Shown: positions 1 through 13,057 of the stretch, piece after piece
Layout: every line of letters starts with the position of its first letter
Numbering within the stretch: position 1 is the first letter of the stretch
Source of the DNA: Macrostomum lignano
Taxonomy: Eukaryota
Reading direction: 5' to 3'
Length of the DNA stretch: 64,000 nucleotides
NCBI GenBank assembly: GCA_002269645.1
Contig: NIVC01001326.1
Coordinates: forward strand, 105,792 to 169,791
Position numbers and translations under genes: made by a program
The notes under the pieces: model-generated
Told to the model about the DNA's origin: nothing
Databases searched by the model: none
What the model saw: the letters and a program-made list of their open reading frames with translations, nothing else

Positions 1-340
1 TTTCCCGAATCCCAGATCCCAAATCTTAGATCCCAAATCTCATATCCCAAATCTCATATCCCAAATCTCATATCCCAAATCCTAGATCCCAAATCTCAGA
101 TCCCAAATCTCAGATCCCAAATCCCAGATCCCAAATCCCAGATCCTAAATTCCGGAATTCGAATGCTAGATCCCAAATCATATATCCTAACTCCTCAGTC
201 TCAGATCTCAGATCCTAAATCGTAGATCCCAATATCCCAGATTCTTACTCCCAGATCACAAATTTAAATATCAGATCCCAGATCCTTAATTTCAGTCTGT
301 AATCCCAGATATTCGATCCCAGATCTTCTTATTCCAAATC
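1..340. repeat. Degenerate ~14-bp tandem repeat (CCCAAATCTCAGAT-like)
   Basis: Direct reading; it decays towards 340. Confidence 0.85.
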
Positions 341-802
341 TAGGGTAGCAGCTACCGTGGGTGTAAACTTTCCTGTTGTGCACCCAAATTAGCGATTTCT
401 TTGCTATGTATTGATTATGCAATTATGAAACCTTTGTTTGGGATCTCGGTTTTCATTATTTAGAGACTGGTTATTTGTGCCTCGAATTGATTGATTATAC
501 TTTTTATTGAAAGCCTAAAATATTGTAGTAAGTGCAAATATTTAGTTTAATCTTAATTGTTACAATATTGACCTGTGCTCAAAATTATTTTGAGGGAGCA
601 CTGTGTTCCTCACTTTTCCTTAATTTACTTGTCACCCATTTTGCGTAAATTCGTTCTATTTCATTTCTATGGTCTTAAATTTTATAGCTTTATTAATTGA
701 GGTTTCTTCATTTCGGCTGTTGTTGGCAATGTTGGCAATATTGGGGAATGTTGGCAATTATTTATAGAGTTAAAATCTCAAACATTGCTCTCATTTTTTG
801 GA

Positions 803-1495
803 TAGGCGTAGGAAAATGTTCTGGGAGGGACAGGGCGTGAGGTGGGAGGACAGGGGTAGTACAGTTTTCTGGGGAGAGGCATGGCGTGAGTTAGGCGGAT
901 AGGGGTAGGAAAATTTGCGGGGAGGGACAGGGCGTGAGGTGGGCGGATAGGGGTAGGAAAATGTGCGGAGAGGGACAGGGCGTGAGGTGGGCGGATTGGG
1001 GTAGGAAATTTTTCTGGGGACGGGCAGGGCGTGAGGTGGGCGGATAGGGGTAGGAAAGTTAATGGAGAGTGGCGGGGCGTGAGGTGGGCGGATAGGGGTA
1101 GGAAAATGTGCGGAGAAGGACAGGGCGTGAGGTGGGCGGATAGGGGTAGGAAATTTTTCTGGGGACGGGCAGGGCGTGAGGTGGGCGGATAGGGGTAGGA
1201 AAATGTGCGGAGAAGGACAGGGCGTGAGGTGGGCGGATAGGGGTAGGAAATTTTTCTGGGGACGGGCAGGGCGTGAGGTGGGCGGATAGGGGTAGGAAGA
1301 TGTGCGGAGAAGGACAGGGCGTGAGGTGGGCGGATAGGGGTAGGAAGATGTGCGGAGAAGGACAGGGCGTGAGGTGGGCGGATAGGGGTAGGAAATTTTT
1401 CTGGGGACGGGCAGGGCGTGAGGTGGGCGGATAGGGGTAGGAAATTTTTCTGGGGACGGGCAGGGCGTGAGGTGGGCGGATAGGGGTAGAAGGGT
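803..1495. repeat. G-rich 48-49-bp minisatellite, ~14 copies
   Basis: Core CAGGGCGTGAGGTGGGCGGATAGGGGTAGGA at 928, 976, 1025 and onward. Confidence 0.95.
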
Positions 1496-1594
1496 GTCAA
1501 TTCGTTCACCTTTTTATACAATAGAAATTGCAAAGACCCACTCTAAAAGCACTGGGGACTAATGATGACCTTCCTTTGTAACTCCCATCTACAG

Positions 1595-4500
1595 ATGTCA
1601 GAGAGCGACGGAGTTACGGACGAGTTCCTAAGCCTTCGCGAGCGTCTAAATCTTGTAAGTTTCATTTAAAAAATCAATAGTATATGCTGTACAATTTTAG
1701 TCCTAAAACAATTGTTAAACTCTCTACGCCTGCAGGGCCGCCGAAGCAGCCAGTCAGAGGTGCCGGCTTTTCCACCCAGCCACTGGTAATTTTGGTGCTG
1801 TTAAGAAGCAAGAATTTGCATTAGCTTATTCGGCTAGTGTTTAGCATATTACATTATTGATGATAGATATCCCATGCCCAGATATCCTGTTTGAAACTAA
1901 TCTACTGCATGCTTTACTACGGCTCGTAACTAAAGCTAGTTAATCCCATGATAATGCCTTTTTATAGAGTTAGCTTTATATAGCTAAATACCACTTTAAC
2001 AAAGGAGCTAGAGGGCAATTTGCTCTTCAATCCATATTGAATTAGCAATCTATTCCAATCTTCAATCCTTATTGGCTAGATTAGCAATCCATTCTATTCT
2101 TCAATCATTATTGGCTAGATTAGCAATTCATTCTATTCTTCAATCATTATTGGCTAGATTAGCAATCCATTCCATTCTTTAATCATTATTGGCTACATTA
2201 GCAATCCATTCCATTCTTCAATCATTATTGGCTAGATTAGCAATCCATTTTATTACCTAATCCCAATGGCTATATTAGCAGGTAAGGCTAATGCCAATCC
2301 TATTGGCAAGTAGTCACATGATCAGCTTCAAACAGTGCGAAAGGCTATGCGCATGATTTTTGCAATAAAAAATATTTGTTCTCTTGCTGAACCAGCTTGC
2401 AGCTTCGCCGGCGCACGATGTTCAGGTTTGATACCACGCGATTTCGATAGAAAAATTCTGTTTCCGCTCTATCTATCCGTTTCCCAGTAATTACCTGCTG
2501 CTTTTATACAGTGGAAATTTATCGATTTTTGCATTATGCTACTCTGCCACTCTTAAATGCATTCGTTGCCATTTTTGTCTTGGAGAAAATTCGCCACTAC
2601 AACACTTGATATGCTACTGAATAGACCGCATTTTCAATAGTTTGTTCGAATGTTTTGCTCGAAATTATCACTTTCTATTAAGAGGATAAATCCTGTTTTT
2701 AACCTATCTCTGTCTCTATGCCTTACCTTTTTGTATACAGCTTATTTTATCGGAATCACGGCTGCTACTAGCTTTAATTATTAATTAGATTGACAATTTC
2801 GATACTTTCAGCTCAGTAGTAAGAAACAATGCGTAAGCTATTTTTTTATAATATACATATAAAATTGCTACCAGTGCAGCCGTGATTTGCATTAACAGGC
2901 AGCTTAAGGCTGCTGGAACACCGGGAAAGCCAATAAAAATGGGTGGGGGTAGAGATTCTGTGCGGACGGGTTCAGCTGGGGGTGGGGGTAATAAAATCAG
3001 TCTTCCTGTCCTGAAATGTACATGGTGTAGGCAGCTTAAGGCTGGAACACCGAGAAAGCCAATAAAATGGGTGGGGGTAGAGATTCTGTGCGGACGGGTT
3101 CAGCTGGGGGTGGGGGTAATAAAATCAGTCTTCCTGTCCTGAAATGTACATGGTGTAGGCAGCTTAAGGCTGGAACACCGAGAAAGCCAATAAAAATGGG
3201 TGGGGGTAGAGATTCTGTGCGGACGGGTTCAGCTGGGGGTGGGGGTAATAAAATCAGTCTTCCTGTCCTGAAATGTACATGGTGTAGGCAGCTTAAGGCT
3301 GGAACACCGGGAAAGCCAATAAAAATGGGTGGGGGTAGAGATTCTGTGCGGACGGGTTCAGCTGGGGGTGGGGGTAATAAAATCAGTCTTCCTGTCCTGA
3401 AATGTACATGGTGTAGGCAGCTTAAGGCTGCTGGAACACCAAGGAAGGCAATAAAATGGGGGTAGAGATTCTGCGCGGATTGCGGAATGACGCGGTCGGA
3501 AGGGTTCAGCTAGTGGGGGGATATACTAGGGGGGGGGTAATAAATGAGTCTATTCCTTTCCTAAAATACAATTAAATGATTCTGTTTAACTGTCTACTGA
3601 ACTGAAAGTAGTAGCTTACACACAAATGTGCTCAGTGGTCTATGATATGTGTTGGTGCTAAAAGAGCCAATAATGACAATCCTATTTTATCCCCTACTCA
3701 AACCCCTCAACCCTCCGGCAACTGCAGGCTGGATCCGATCGAGGCCGGCCAGGTGTTGAACTTTGTCTCGCCGGTGTCCTTTCTGGTGCAGGTGAACCGC
3801 ATCGACTCGCCGGGCACCCCGACGCCGCCTTCGTCGCCAGCTGGCGGCGGCGGCGGCGGCGGCGGCGGAATCTTCAGCACCCAGCAGTCGACATCGTCGA
3901 GCTCTCAGCAGCAGTTGCCGTCGTTCCGTTCGCTGCTCTGCCTGATGCTGCACACCTGCGCGGAGTCGCTGGCTGACGGCAGCTGGGAGCTGCGCAGGAT
4001 GGGCAGGCAGGCCTTCGTAGCCGTCGGGCAGCTGCTACTGGCTTATGACAGGCGGCTGTTTGAGCACACGGTTAGCACGCATCTCAGGTGAATGCCTGCT
4101 GCATTGTCGGAACTTGATTTTTGGATTGTCTTTGTTAGGTGTCTTTGGGTTGTGATTGATTGTATTGCCTTTGTTCAGCGTGTCTTTGTCCAGGGTGTCT
4201 TTGTTCCATGTGTCTTTGTTCAGCTTGTCTTGTTCCAGGGTGTCTTTGTTCCATGTGTCTTTGTTCAGCTTGTCTTGTTCCAGGGTGTCTTTGTCTAGGG
4301 TGTCTTTGTTCCAGGGTGTCTTTGTTCTGGGTGTCTTTGTTCAGTATGTCTTTGTTCAGTATGTCTTTGTTCCAGGGTGTCTTTGTCCAGTGTGTCTTTG
4401 TTTAAGGTGTCTTTGTTCAGGGTGTCTTTGTTCCAGGGTGTCTTTGTTCAGTATAAGTCTCTGTCAAGTGTGTCTTTATTCAATGTCTTTGTTCAGGGTG

Positions 4501-7500
4501 TTATTGTCCAGAACGTCTTTGTTTAAGGTGTCTTTGTTCAGGGTGTCATTGTTCAAGTGTCATTGTTCAAGGTGTCTTTGTTCAAGGTGTCTTAAATCAG
4601 GGTGTCTTTGTCCTGGTTTGTCTGTCGAGATGTCTTTGTCCTTGCAACCATCCGAACCCGAAACCCACTCTCCCAAGATACGAGCCCTCCGTGATGACCT
4701 TCTGCGTTCTCTGGATGGTGCGCGACGCCCTGCTAGCGCAGACCCGGATGCAGCAGCAGCAGCAACAGCAGCAGCTGGAGATCCCAGCAGCCTGGCTGAC
4801 CTCCTGCCGTCACTACCTGACCGAGTTCCCACTCAACTGCGTCAGCGTCCACGCCGCCGACGTGCTGTTCCTGGCTGCACAGCCCTCGGCTCTGCCCGCG
4901 CCAGACGCCGGCGCCATCATCGGCTGTCTGCGCGCTATCGACGCCACCCTGGCCGGAGGCGGCGACGTTGAAGTCGAACTGACGCTGCTGACTACGCTGA
5001 GCGTGACGGCCAGTCCGGCCGACTTCCTGCTCACCCTGCTGGAGGCCTGCGCGCCCCGCTTGACTGCCTTTGCCGCGGTCGGCCAGCTGGACTGCGCAGG
5101 CCGGCTGCTGCCGCTCTGCCTTGGCTGGCTGCGCATCGTCGGCCGCGGCGGCAGGGGGCAGCGGCGAACCTCCGCCGGTTTTACCGTCGGCGGTGTCGTT
5201 GGCATCTTGACGGCTTCGTCGGCGGCGGCAGTAACGGCTTCGACAACCGACTCGGTGGAGGCCGGCCGCCTGCTGCTGAACTGCGTAGCCGTTCTGGCCG
5301 AGCGAATCGCCGCCATCGGAGAGGTGCGGCTCCTTGGCTGGGCGATGGGCTTTTCCGTGAAATTACCGTGGAATTACCGTGGGATTCCCTCTTTTGGAGC
5401 TTCCCAAATTAAAAAGATTTTGCGGAACGTTGACACGGGGAATTCCCAGATATAATACTACTGTACGGGATTCCCCAGATGGCTTTCAATTTTGTATTCC
5501 CAGTTTGAATTTGTCGTTGGGATTCTATCTTTCAGAGTTATCTATTAAGGTTCCCCATCAGGATTCCCTCTCGGGATTCTCAATTGGGATTCCCATTGGG
5601 ATTCTCAATTGGGATTCCCATTGGGATTCTCCATCGGGATTCCCATTGGGATTCTCCATCGGGATTCCCATTGGGATTCTCCATCGGGATTCCCATTGGG
5701 ATTCTCCATTAGGATTATTTATCGGAATTCCCCCTTTAATTAATCAGTTGGGATTCAGATCGAAATTTATTATTGGAATTCCTTGTTGGGATTCACGCCG
5801 CAATAAAAATTCACGGGAGTCCCCACAGTCGTTTTCCAGTCGGTAATATCCCTTAGTGATCGCCACATTCTATTAGAAGGATTTCTTTATTCCACTTTTT
5901 TCGCCAACTCAGGTGAAACCGGGCCACAGCGGCTCCCTGGAAGAGTGGACGGCCGCCACGGCTCTGTCCGGCGAAGCCCTCGAACGGCTGGCCGACTTGA
6001 TGCGCTCGGAGCCTTCGATTTGGCTGGCCTACAGGCGGCACCTGATGTCGGCTGTGCGCTGCCTGCTGCCCATCGCTGCCATCGGCTGCAGCTTGTCGCC
6101 CGGCGATGCGCCTTCGGGTCGGACAGCGGCGGCAGCGGCATCGGCGGCTGCCAGCATCGATAGCCTCGTGGCCGCGGCGGCCTCTCAGCTAGTTAAGGTG
6201 CTTGTTGGTTGATGGCTGGTTTGTTTAAAATATGTATTAGTTAAGTAATTGTACATTCCTTCCCGGGTGTACATGCTACCCCAATGCACATTCTCTGGGT
6301 GTACATTCTACCCCAATGTACATTCTCTGGGTGTACATTCTACCCCAATGTACATTCTGTGACAGTGCATTCTACCCCAATTTACATTCTAAGACTGTAC
6401 ATTCTACCCTAAAGTACATTCTGTGACTGTACATTCTACCCCAATGCACATTTTGTGACTGTACATTCTACCCCAATGTACATTCTGTGACTGTACATTC
6501 TACCCCAATGTACATTCTGTGACTGTACATTCTACCCCAATGTACATTCTGTGACTGTAAATTCTACCCCAATGTACACTCTGTGACTGTACATTATATC
6601 CCAATGTACACTCTGTGGCTGTACATTCTACCCCAATGTACCTTCTGTGACTGTACATTCTACCCCAATGTACATTCTGTGACTGTACATTCTACCCTAA
6701 GAACATTCTACCCCGATACAACGCACATTCTCCGGGTATACTCACCATGGCCTCCACACCGTCCTCAGCTGCCAGACGTCGGCAGCTCTCAGAAGTCGGC
6801 AAGCAACGGTCCAGCTGACAAGGCCTCGCAGATGCGGGCCAGCAAGCGTCGGCAGTTCAAGCTGTACGCCAGCCAGTCCACGGTGCACTCGGACGATGCG
6901 TCCGACAATTCCGACAATCAGGGCTCGGATATTTCTGATGGTGAGGCTGAGTTTAACTGCTTGCCGATGCTGGCAATATTTTTGTACCCGAATTTTACAA
7001 CTTAAATATTAGACATATGTCGATTCTTGCTTAGTTACTCAATCATCGCAACATATCGGCAAACAGTACGTTATTCAATAATCACAACATATCGGCAAAC
7101 AGTACGTTATTCAATAATCACAACATATCGGCAAACAGTAAGATATTCAATGATCGAAACATATTGGCAAACAGTACGTTATTCAATAATCACAACATAT
7201 CGGCAAACAGTATGTTATTCAATAATCACAACATATCGGCAAACAGTAAGATATTCAATGATCGAAACATATTGGCAAACAGTACGTTATTCAATAATCA
7301 CAACATATCGGCAAACAGTACGTTATTCAATAATCACAACATATCGGCAAACAGTAAGATATTCAATGATCGAAACATATTGGCAAACAGTACGTTATTC
7401 AATAATCACAACATATCGGCAAACAGTACGTTATTCAATAATCACAACATATCGGCAAACAGTAAGATATTCAATGATCGAAACATATTGGCAAACAGTA

Positions 7501-7979
7501 CGTTATTCAATAATCACAACATATCGGCGAACAGTACTTTATTCAGTAATCACAACATATCGGCACACGCCCATTCCGCAGGCGAGGACTCCGTGTACAA
7601 CCCAATTGCCAGCCTGTGCGCCGGCAACAACGGATTCGATCGGACGAGCCGGCAGCGCGTCATCAGCAACTGCCTGACCGAGGACGAGGCCGAGGACAGC
7701 AGCAGCGAAGCGGCCGCCTCCGACTGGGACTCCAGCAGCGTCGGAGACTCCGACCCGGGGCGCCCGGCCGATCCTCGGGTCCGGCAGGATTCCTCGGAGC
7801 AGCAGAAGCTTGGCCTGGCGTTCCTGTCTGAGGCGAGGGAGATTTTCGTGGCGCTGAGTCGGGCGGCGCCAGAGCGCCTGGTAGACAGCGCCGCCCGACT
7901 GAAACCCGAGGAGCGGCTGCGGGTCGAGGCGATGGCGGCGGCGAGGGAGGCGGCCGGCGAGCCCGAGACTCAGCTCTGA
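1595..7979 (+). CDS. Uncharacterised ~657-aa protein, probably alpha-helical (HEAT/ARM-like), with an acidic Ser-rich segment near the C-terminus; 7 coding exons
   Basis: Exons are 1595-1654, 1736-1785, 3728-4087, 4678-5323, 5913-6197, 6769-6940 and 7582-7979. Every junction is GT-AG with matching phase (e.g. CAC TG|G CTG = H-W-L; CTC AG|A TAC = L-R-Y; GAT G|GC = D-G). The ATG directly follows an acceptor (ctacag|ATG), so an upstream exon or trans-splicing is possible. No family recognised. Confidence 0.8.
2040..2300. repeat. ~40-bp minisatellite with a GATTAGCAATCC core, ~6 copies
   Basis: Unit TTGGCTAGATTAGCAATCCATTCTATTCTTCAATCATTA. Confidence 0.9.
2897..3480. repeat. ~129-bp tandem repeat, ~4.5 copies (gene 1 intron 2)
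   Basis: AGGCAGCTTAAGGCT recurs at 2897, 3029, 3157, 3286 and 3415. Confidence 0.95.
4125..4640. repeat. ~17-bp TG-rich minisatellite (TGTCTTTGTTCAGGG-like)
   Basis: It fills gene 1 intron 3. Confidence 0.9.
5550..5720. repeat. 12/13-bp GGGATTCCCATT / GGGATTCTCCATC array with degenerate flanks
   Basis: It lies in gene 1 intron 4. Confidence 0.9.
6250..6710. repeat. 32-bp minisatellite, ~14 copies
   Basis: Unit GTACATTCTACCCCAATGTACATTCTGTGACT; gene 1 intron 5. Confidence 0.95.
7040..7565. repeat. 36-bp minisatellite with an A-A-B 108-bp higher-order pattern
   Basis: Every third unit carries the AGATATTCAATGATCGAAACATATTGGC variant; gene 1 intron 6. Confidence 0.93.
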
Positions 7980-7984
7980 CCAGC

Positions 7985-8240
7985 TGATTAGCTAATTAGG
8001 ACTGTCTGAACAACTAATTAGGACTGTCTGACCAACTAATTAGGACTGTCTGACTAACTAATTAGGACTGTCTGACCAATATAATTAGGAGTGTCTGACC
8101 AATTTAATTAGGACTGTATGACCATTTTAATTTAGGGCTGTCTGACCATCTAATTAGGACTGTCTGACCATCTAATTAGAACTGTCTGACCAATTTAATT
8201 AGGACTGTCTGACCAACCGATAAGAAACGTCTGATCAGCT
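7985..8240. repeat. ~23-bp repeat (CTAATTAGGACTGTCTGACCAA) just after the gene 1 stop codon
   Basis: Direct reading. Confidence 0.9.
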
Positions 8241-9373
8241 GATTAGTATGTTTTGATACTCTATCAACTTTCTGCCATTTTAAATGCAATTGTTTTAGCA
8301 ATTACTACATCTAGTTATTGATGTTTAATTGACAATTTGTATTGATTTCATTCTTACATTGTTTTTATTCCATGCACTTGCGATACTACTACTTGTACTA
8401 CTACTAAATGGCTAACTCTATACTACTTATCAGTAACAAGCAGGCCAACCAACCGCACTATATAGCTAGTTGAATGTTTATCGCTGCGCGATGGCCTTAA
8501 TCATTGCAAAGTTTCTGTTCCGCAGCTTCTGTTCTACATCATCTTTTTTAAGCAGTTCAGTTCTATGGGTAACTTACAGGTAAAGAAGGTAAGGATTTGT
8601 TATATTCCATTATGCTTTTCTGACATTCCATTCAACGCCTGCTATTTATTGCCACGAACTAGTCCCAGTTTAAATAAATCTTTATTTCTAAGAAATTTTT
8701 GTTATAGTAACTGTCCCGCTCTGTTTTTAAAATAGCTGATTTCTTAGAAACCAACATTCCACTGCTGCGGTCGGATCACGCACACTCTAGGAAAGCGAGA
8801 AAAATAATGTATTTTTATTTATATTTTTTGCCGTTTAGTGAGCTTTGATTATTAAATATTGGTATTCGGAATTCTGTGAACAAATTGTCAGTGTTTTAAA
8901 AAACCGCCTTTTCGTGACAGTTTCATTTATACATGTTTTTTGTTATACTGACTGGCTGCGCTTTGTAATACATTTATTTTTTCTATTATTTTCTTCTTCT
9001 AAGGGAAGTTTAATTATCTAGGCTTGAGTGAGCTCAGTAGTTTAATCTACTCAACAAATAAACCAGACACATGTACATGTCATGATGAAAATGGAGCTAT
9101 CTGTGACTAGTGGCGTCTTTATATAAACTTACTCTGGCATTGAAACAGGCTCTTGGGCCAGAGAGTTTAAATATTGTGCGCATTTGTTCCTTATTTTGCA
9201 CAAAGTTTATCGGCAGTTAATTATTTTACGATTGATGTTACACACGGTTATATTGTACCATAGACGCTAATTATCATCAGAAAAGTTAATAGAAACTGAG
9301 ATACTCTGCTAGCATTTTAAAACTTCTGACGCAAAAAAGGTACAGAGTAAAGGCTGAAAATTCTATTCGAACT

Positions 9374-12300
9374 ATGCACTACTTGACGTACTTTCTGATG
9401 CTGCACTTGTTGGTAAGACTTTTTTTACTGTTATTGCTGATGGCCTTTTAAACTAGGTAAAAATAATCTTCAATCAGATGTATGTACTGTACAAGCGAAG
9501 CTTCGATAAGCCACCAAGCCCCACCCCAAATCAGATGTACACTCAAGCCCTCCTCACTCCGATAAACCGCCAGGTAGGGGTCACAATCCCGGGATTTAGG
9601 GCTTTTTCCGGGATCCCCGGATCCTGGGATTCACAGTGTCGGGATTCAATCCCGGAAAGTAAATGCTATTGTTGTACCTGTGGTTGTCCTGCTGTACAGC
9701 GCAGTGACTTGGGCTTCGTCCTCTCACTTAGAAGCCTTCTTAACTTTAGTAGCGTAGGTAGTGCTGCCACCAGTTCCTTCAGGTCTCGGCCTTCGGTGAG
9801 GTGAGCTTCCCGTCGGAACGAAATAATGAAGTCAACGAACACAGCACGACGTGCAGATTTGCAGCTCAACGTATAAGGCGTCTCGTCAGCAGTACCTGCC
9901 GGGCTAGGATGGTAGAGGGAGGGCTGAGTTAGCCTCTCGTAGACTTGGGTTGACTTGGTCGGGTTTCAGTCGGAGCAATAGGAATAGAGTCAATATGCGC
10001 AGAGGCTCGGACACTCGGGGATTTGGTCACACGCAGACGCGGAACTCGAGGTTGAACAGAAAGAAGACTCCTTGACGGAAACAAGGGGGAGAGAGCTCCT
10101 ATTTATAGCCGGGAAACACCCACGCAGAAGACCTCGTGACTTGTTCTATTTTTAGAACTGACGTCACTCGAGAGTCTTGGGCAGGGTACAAGCGTGCGGA
10201 AGACCTCGTGACTTGTTCTATTTTTAGAACTGACGTCACTTGAGGTCCCCGGCCAGAGTACACGCGGCTGTGACTCAGTTGCTATTTTTAGCAACATGAG
10301 TCACTCCTCTCCTTAGAGAAGGGAGGGGTCCGAAAGCACGTGACTCACCCGGTAAACAGGGCCAACGAGTGCAGTAAACATGTTTACTGCACTTTAAGAC
10401 TCAAAGAACGCAAGAACTGTCATGTGACTTGCTCACAAGACAGGGAAAAAGGGACGGGAGCGAAACAGAGACAGCCCACAGCCGAGAGGCTGGGGGCTGA
10501 GAACAGAGACGCAGAAGGCCAGAACAGGCCACGGGCAGCAGCAGACAAACGAAAGGGAGGGGCGGGAAGCTGACCAGCGGCAGACAGCAACCCAGGGCGG
10601 AGGCGAGGGAACAGCTGACAAGGGCGACGCCTAACCATAAACTAGCGGCTCACTACACTATGTTTTTATAATGTCTGATATAATAGCAATTAGCAAGACA
10701 TAAGTCTTTTATGGCAGTTAGGTAAAATATGGAACATCCTGCTTCCATGTCCACTCTCCGTTGCCCACTTTGTAAAATCTTTGATGTTGTTTTGAGTTCA
10801 GTCTTGTTTAAATAATTTAACGTTTTTTTTTTTTCAACTTTGAACTCATTGTGCATGTCGTGACAACCTGACAACGTGAATGCCCACTGCCCAGACAGTA
10901 GTAGGTTGTGATTGTTAATGTAATATATACATTCATATTGCTTTGCACAGTGATACATGTATATATTACATAATCTAATACATGTTATACATAATATATA
11001 TGCATATTAAAATATTGATATTACGAGTAATAATATACTACTATAATATTTAATATACTACGAGTATGATAACGTCATTGTTATAATGTTGTATATTACA
11101 TTACCAGCCTAGCATAACCCTTTAGCTCCTACCATAACTGTTAGCGTTATAAAAATGTCATTCGCAGCATTTTTATAACATTATAACAATGTTATAACAA
11201 GGATGGTACTGAAAAATATCAATCCTGGGATAATCCCGGGATCCCGGGATTTGACATTTCCTAATCCCGGGATCCCGGGATTGACAGAATACGGGATTTT
11301 TCTACCCCTACCGCCAGGCGCCAAGCCCTACCCTAAAATCAGATGTACACACGGTCCACAACAGTCCAACCCGCCAATCTCCCCAACACTTGAACAGTGG
11401 GGCCAGGGCCAGACGTTGAGGCACAAGCGAGTGTACCGGTCTGTGGGCAGTCACAGTCTTGGCTACTGCGTCCAGATGGTGACTGGCTGCAGCCGACAGC
11501 CAATCGGCTGCCAGAGCCGCATCGGCGGCAATTTCGGTCAACTTCGATGGTGGCTTGACGAAGCCGACCAGTTGAACAGCGCGGGGGACGCCGCTACTGG
11601 CGCCGGCAGGCACTTGGTAGCGGTCGTCAATGACTCGGAGTTCCAGCGTCAGTGGCGGAGAAACTTCGCCGATTGGGGCAGCGTGAGCGGCGCCATCGTG
11701 TTGATGCAGTCGGAAGCTGAGGCTGAGGCTGGCAATCAGACAGCTGCCGCTGTGCGGTGGAACGGCGGCTGGAACCTGCCCGACGAACTGCAGGTCGTAG
11801 CGGCCCAGGTGCCAATCCCGTTCCCGGCCGTGCTAATTACGGTAGGTGTGGAGATTAGTATCTTATTACATTCTGGACTTCCGGGTAACGAATGGCGCTG
11901 AATGGCTTTTCGCCATAGACAAATCTGCGCTATAAAAATGCACTACAGAGACAGGAACAGCTGAGACACACAACCACGTTCATCCCCACCCCTCGCTCCT
12001 TCTGCCGTCCCGCTCAGGCGGACACCCTCGAGGCCGCCGCAGGTCAGTCGTTGCCGAGCCTTCGCCGACTGGCCCGTCTACATGCTGGGCTGCACTTTGG
12101 CTACTCGGGCCTCACCAACAGCCGTCGGTGCCGCAGGCGCCAGCAGGCCAGGCTCACAGCCGCCCTGGGCCGCTACCTTACCGGCGAGCTCCAGCCCGGA
12201 GCCAATCTGCTGTGCGACTCCCTCGCCGAGGAGTCCTTGGCCTGGACGGCGGCCGAGCTGCCCAGGGCTGTCAGCCGCCGGAATCGCAGCGTCCTGCTAG

Positions 12301-13014
12301 TTGTCGCCAGGCTGGACCAGTTCAGTGTCTTCGCCAACTGGCAAGTCGGCGGCGAGCAGCTGCACAACAGCCTGGCTGTGGCTGCGTCTCTGGCCGGGGC
12401 TCTGGCCGCCTGGGTGAGTTGTCTTAGTGTCCCAGTGTCCCAGTGTCCCAGTGTCCCAGCGTCCCAGTGTCCCATTGTCCCATTGTCCCATTGTCCCATT
12501 GTCCCAGTGTCCCATTGTCCCAGTGTCCCATTGTCCCATTGTCCCATTGTCCCAGTGTCCCATTGTCCCATTGTCCCAGTGTCCCATTGTCCCAGTGTCC
12601 CAGTATCCCAGTGTCCCATTGTCCCAGTGTCCCATTGTCCCAGTGTCCCAGTGTCCCAGTGTCCCAGTGTCCCAGTGTCCCAGTGTCCCAGTGTCCCAGT
12701 GTCCCAGTGTCCCAGTGTCTCAGTGTCCCAGCGTCTCAGTGTCTCAGTGTCCCAGTGTCCCATTGTCCCAGTATCCCAGCGTCTCAGTGTCCCAGTGTCC
12801 CAGTGTCTCAGTACCCAGTGTCCCAGTGTCTCAGTGTCTCAGTGTCCCAGTGTCCCAGTGTCCCAGTGTCCCAGTGTCCCAGTGTCCCAGTGTCCCAGTG
12901 TCTCAGTGTCCCAGTGTCCCAGCATCTCAGCGTCTCAGTTTCTCAGTGTCCCAGTGTCCCAGTGTCCCAGTGTCCCAGTGTCCCAGTGTCCCAGTGTCCC
13001 AGTGTCCCAGTGCA

Positions 13015-13057
<43 letters not shown>

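Noticed and set aside
7164-7581. In-frame extension of gene 1's last exon through the 36-bp array
   Set aside because: The array's AG sites are phase 2 while the upstream donor is phase 1, and retention meets a stop at 7003-7005.
1595-7979. Naming gene 1 as Lines/LINS1 or an importin-beta family member
   Set aside because: There is only vague resemblance; the hallmark Lines motifs (EQDD, NPH..F, ETCFL) are absent and nothing importin-specific is recognisable.
8491-8588. Alternative nicastrin first exon (MALIIAK... or MGNLQVKK|gtaagg)
   Set aside because: It is a poorer signal peptide than 9374-9412. It could still be a 5' UTR exon, but that is unsupported.
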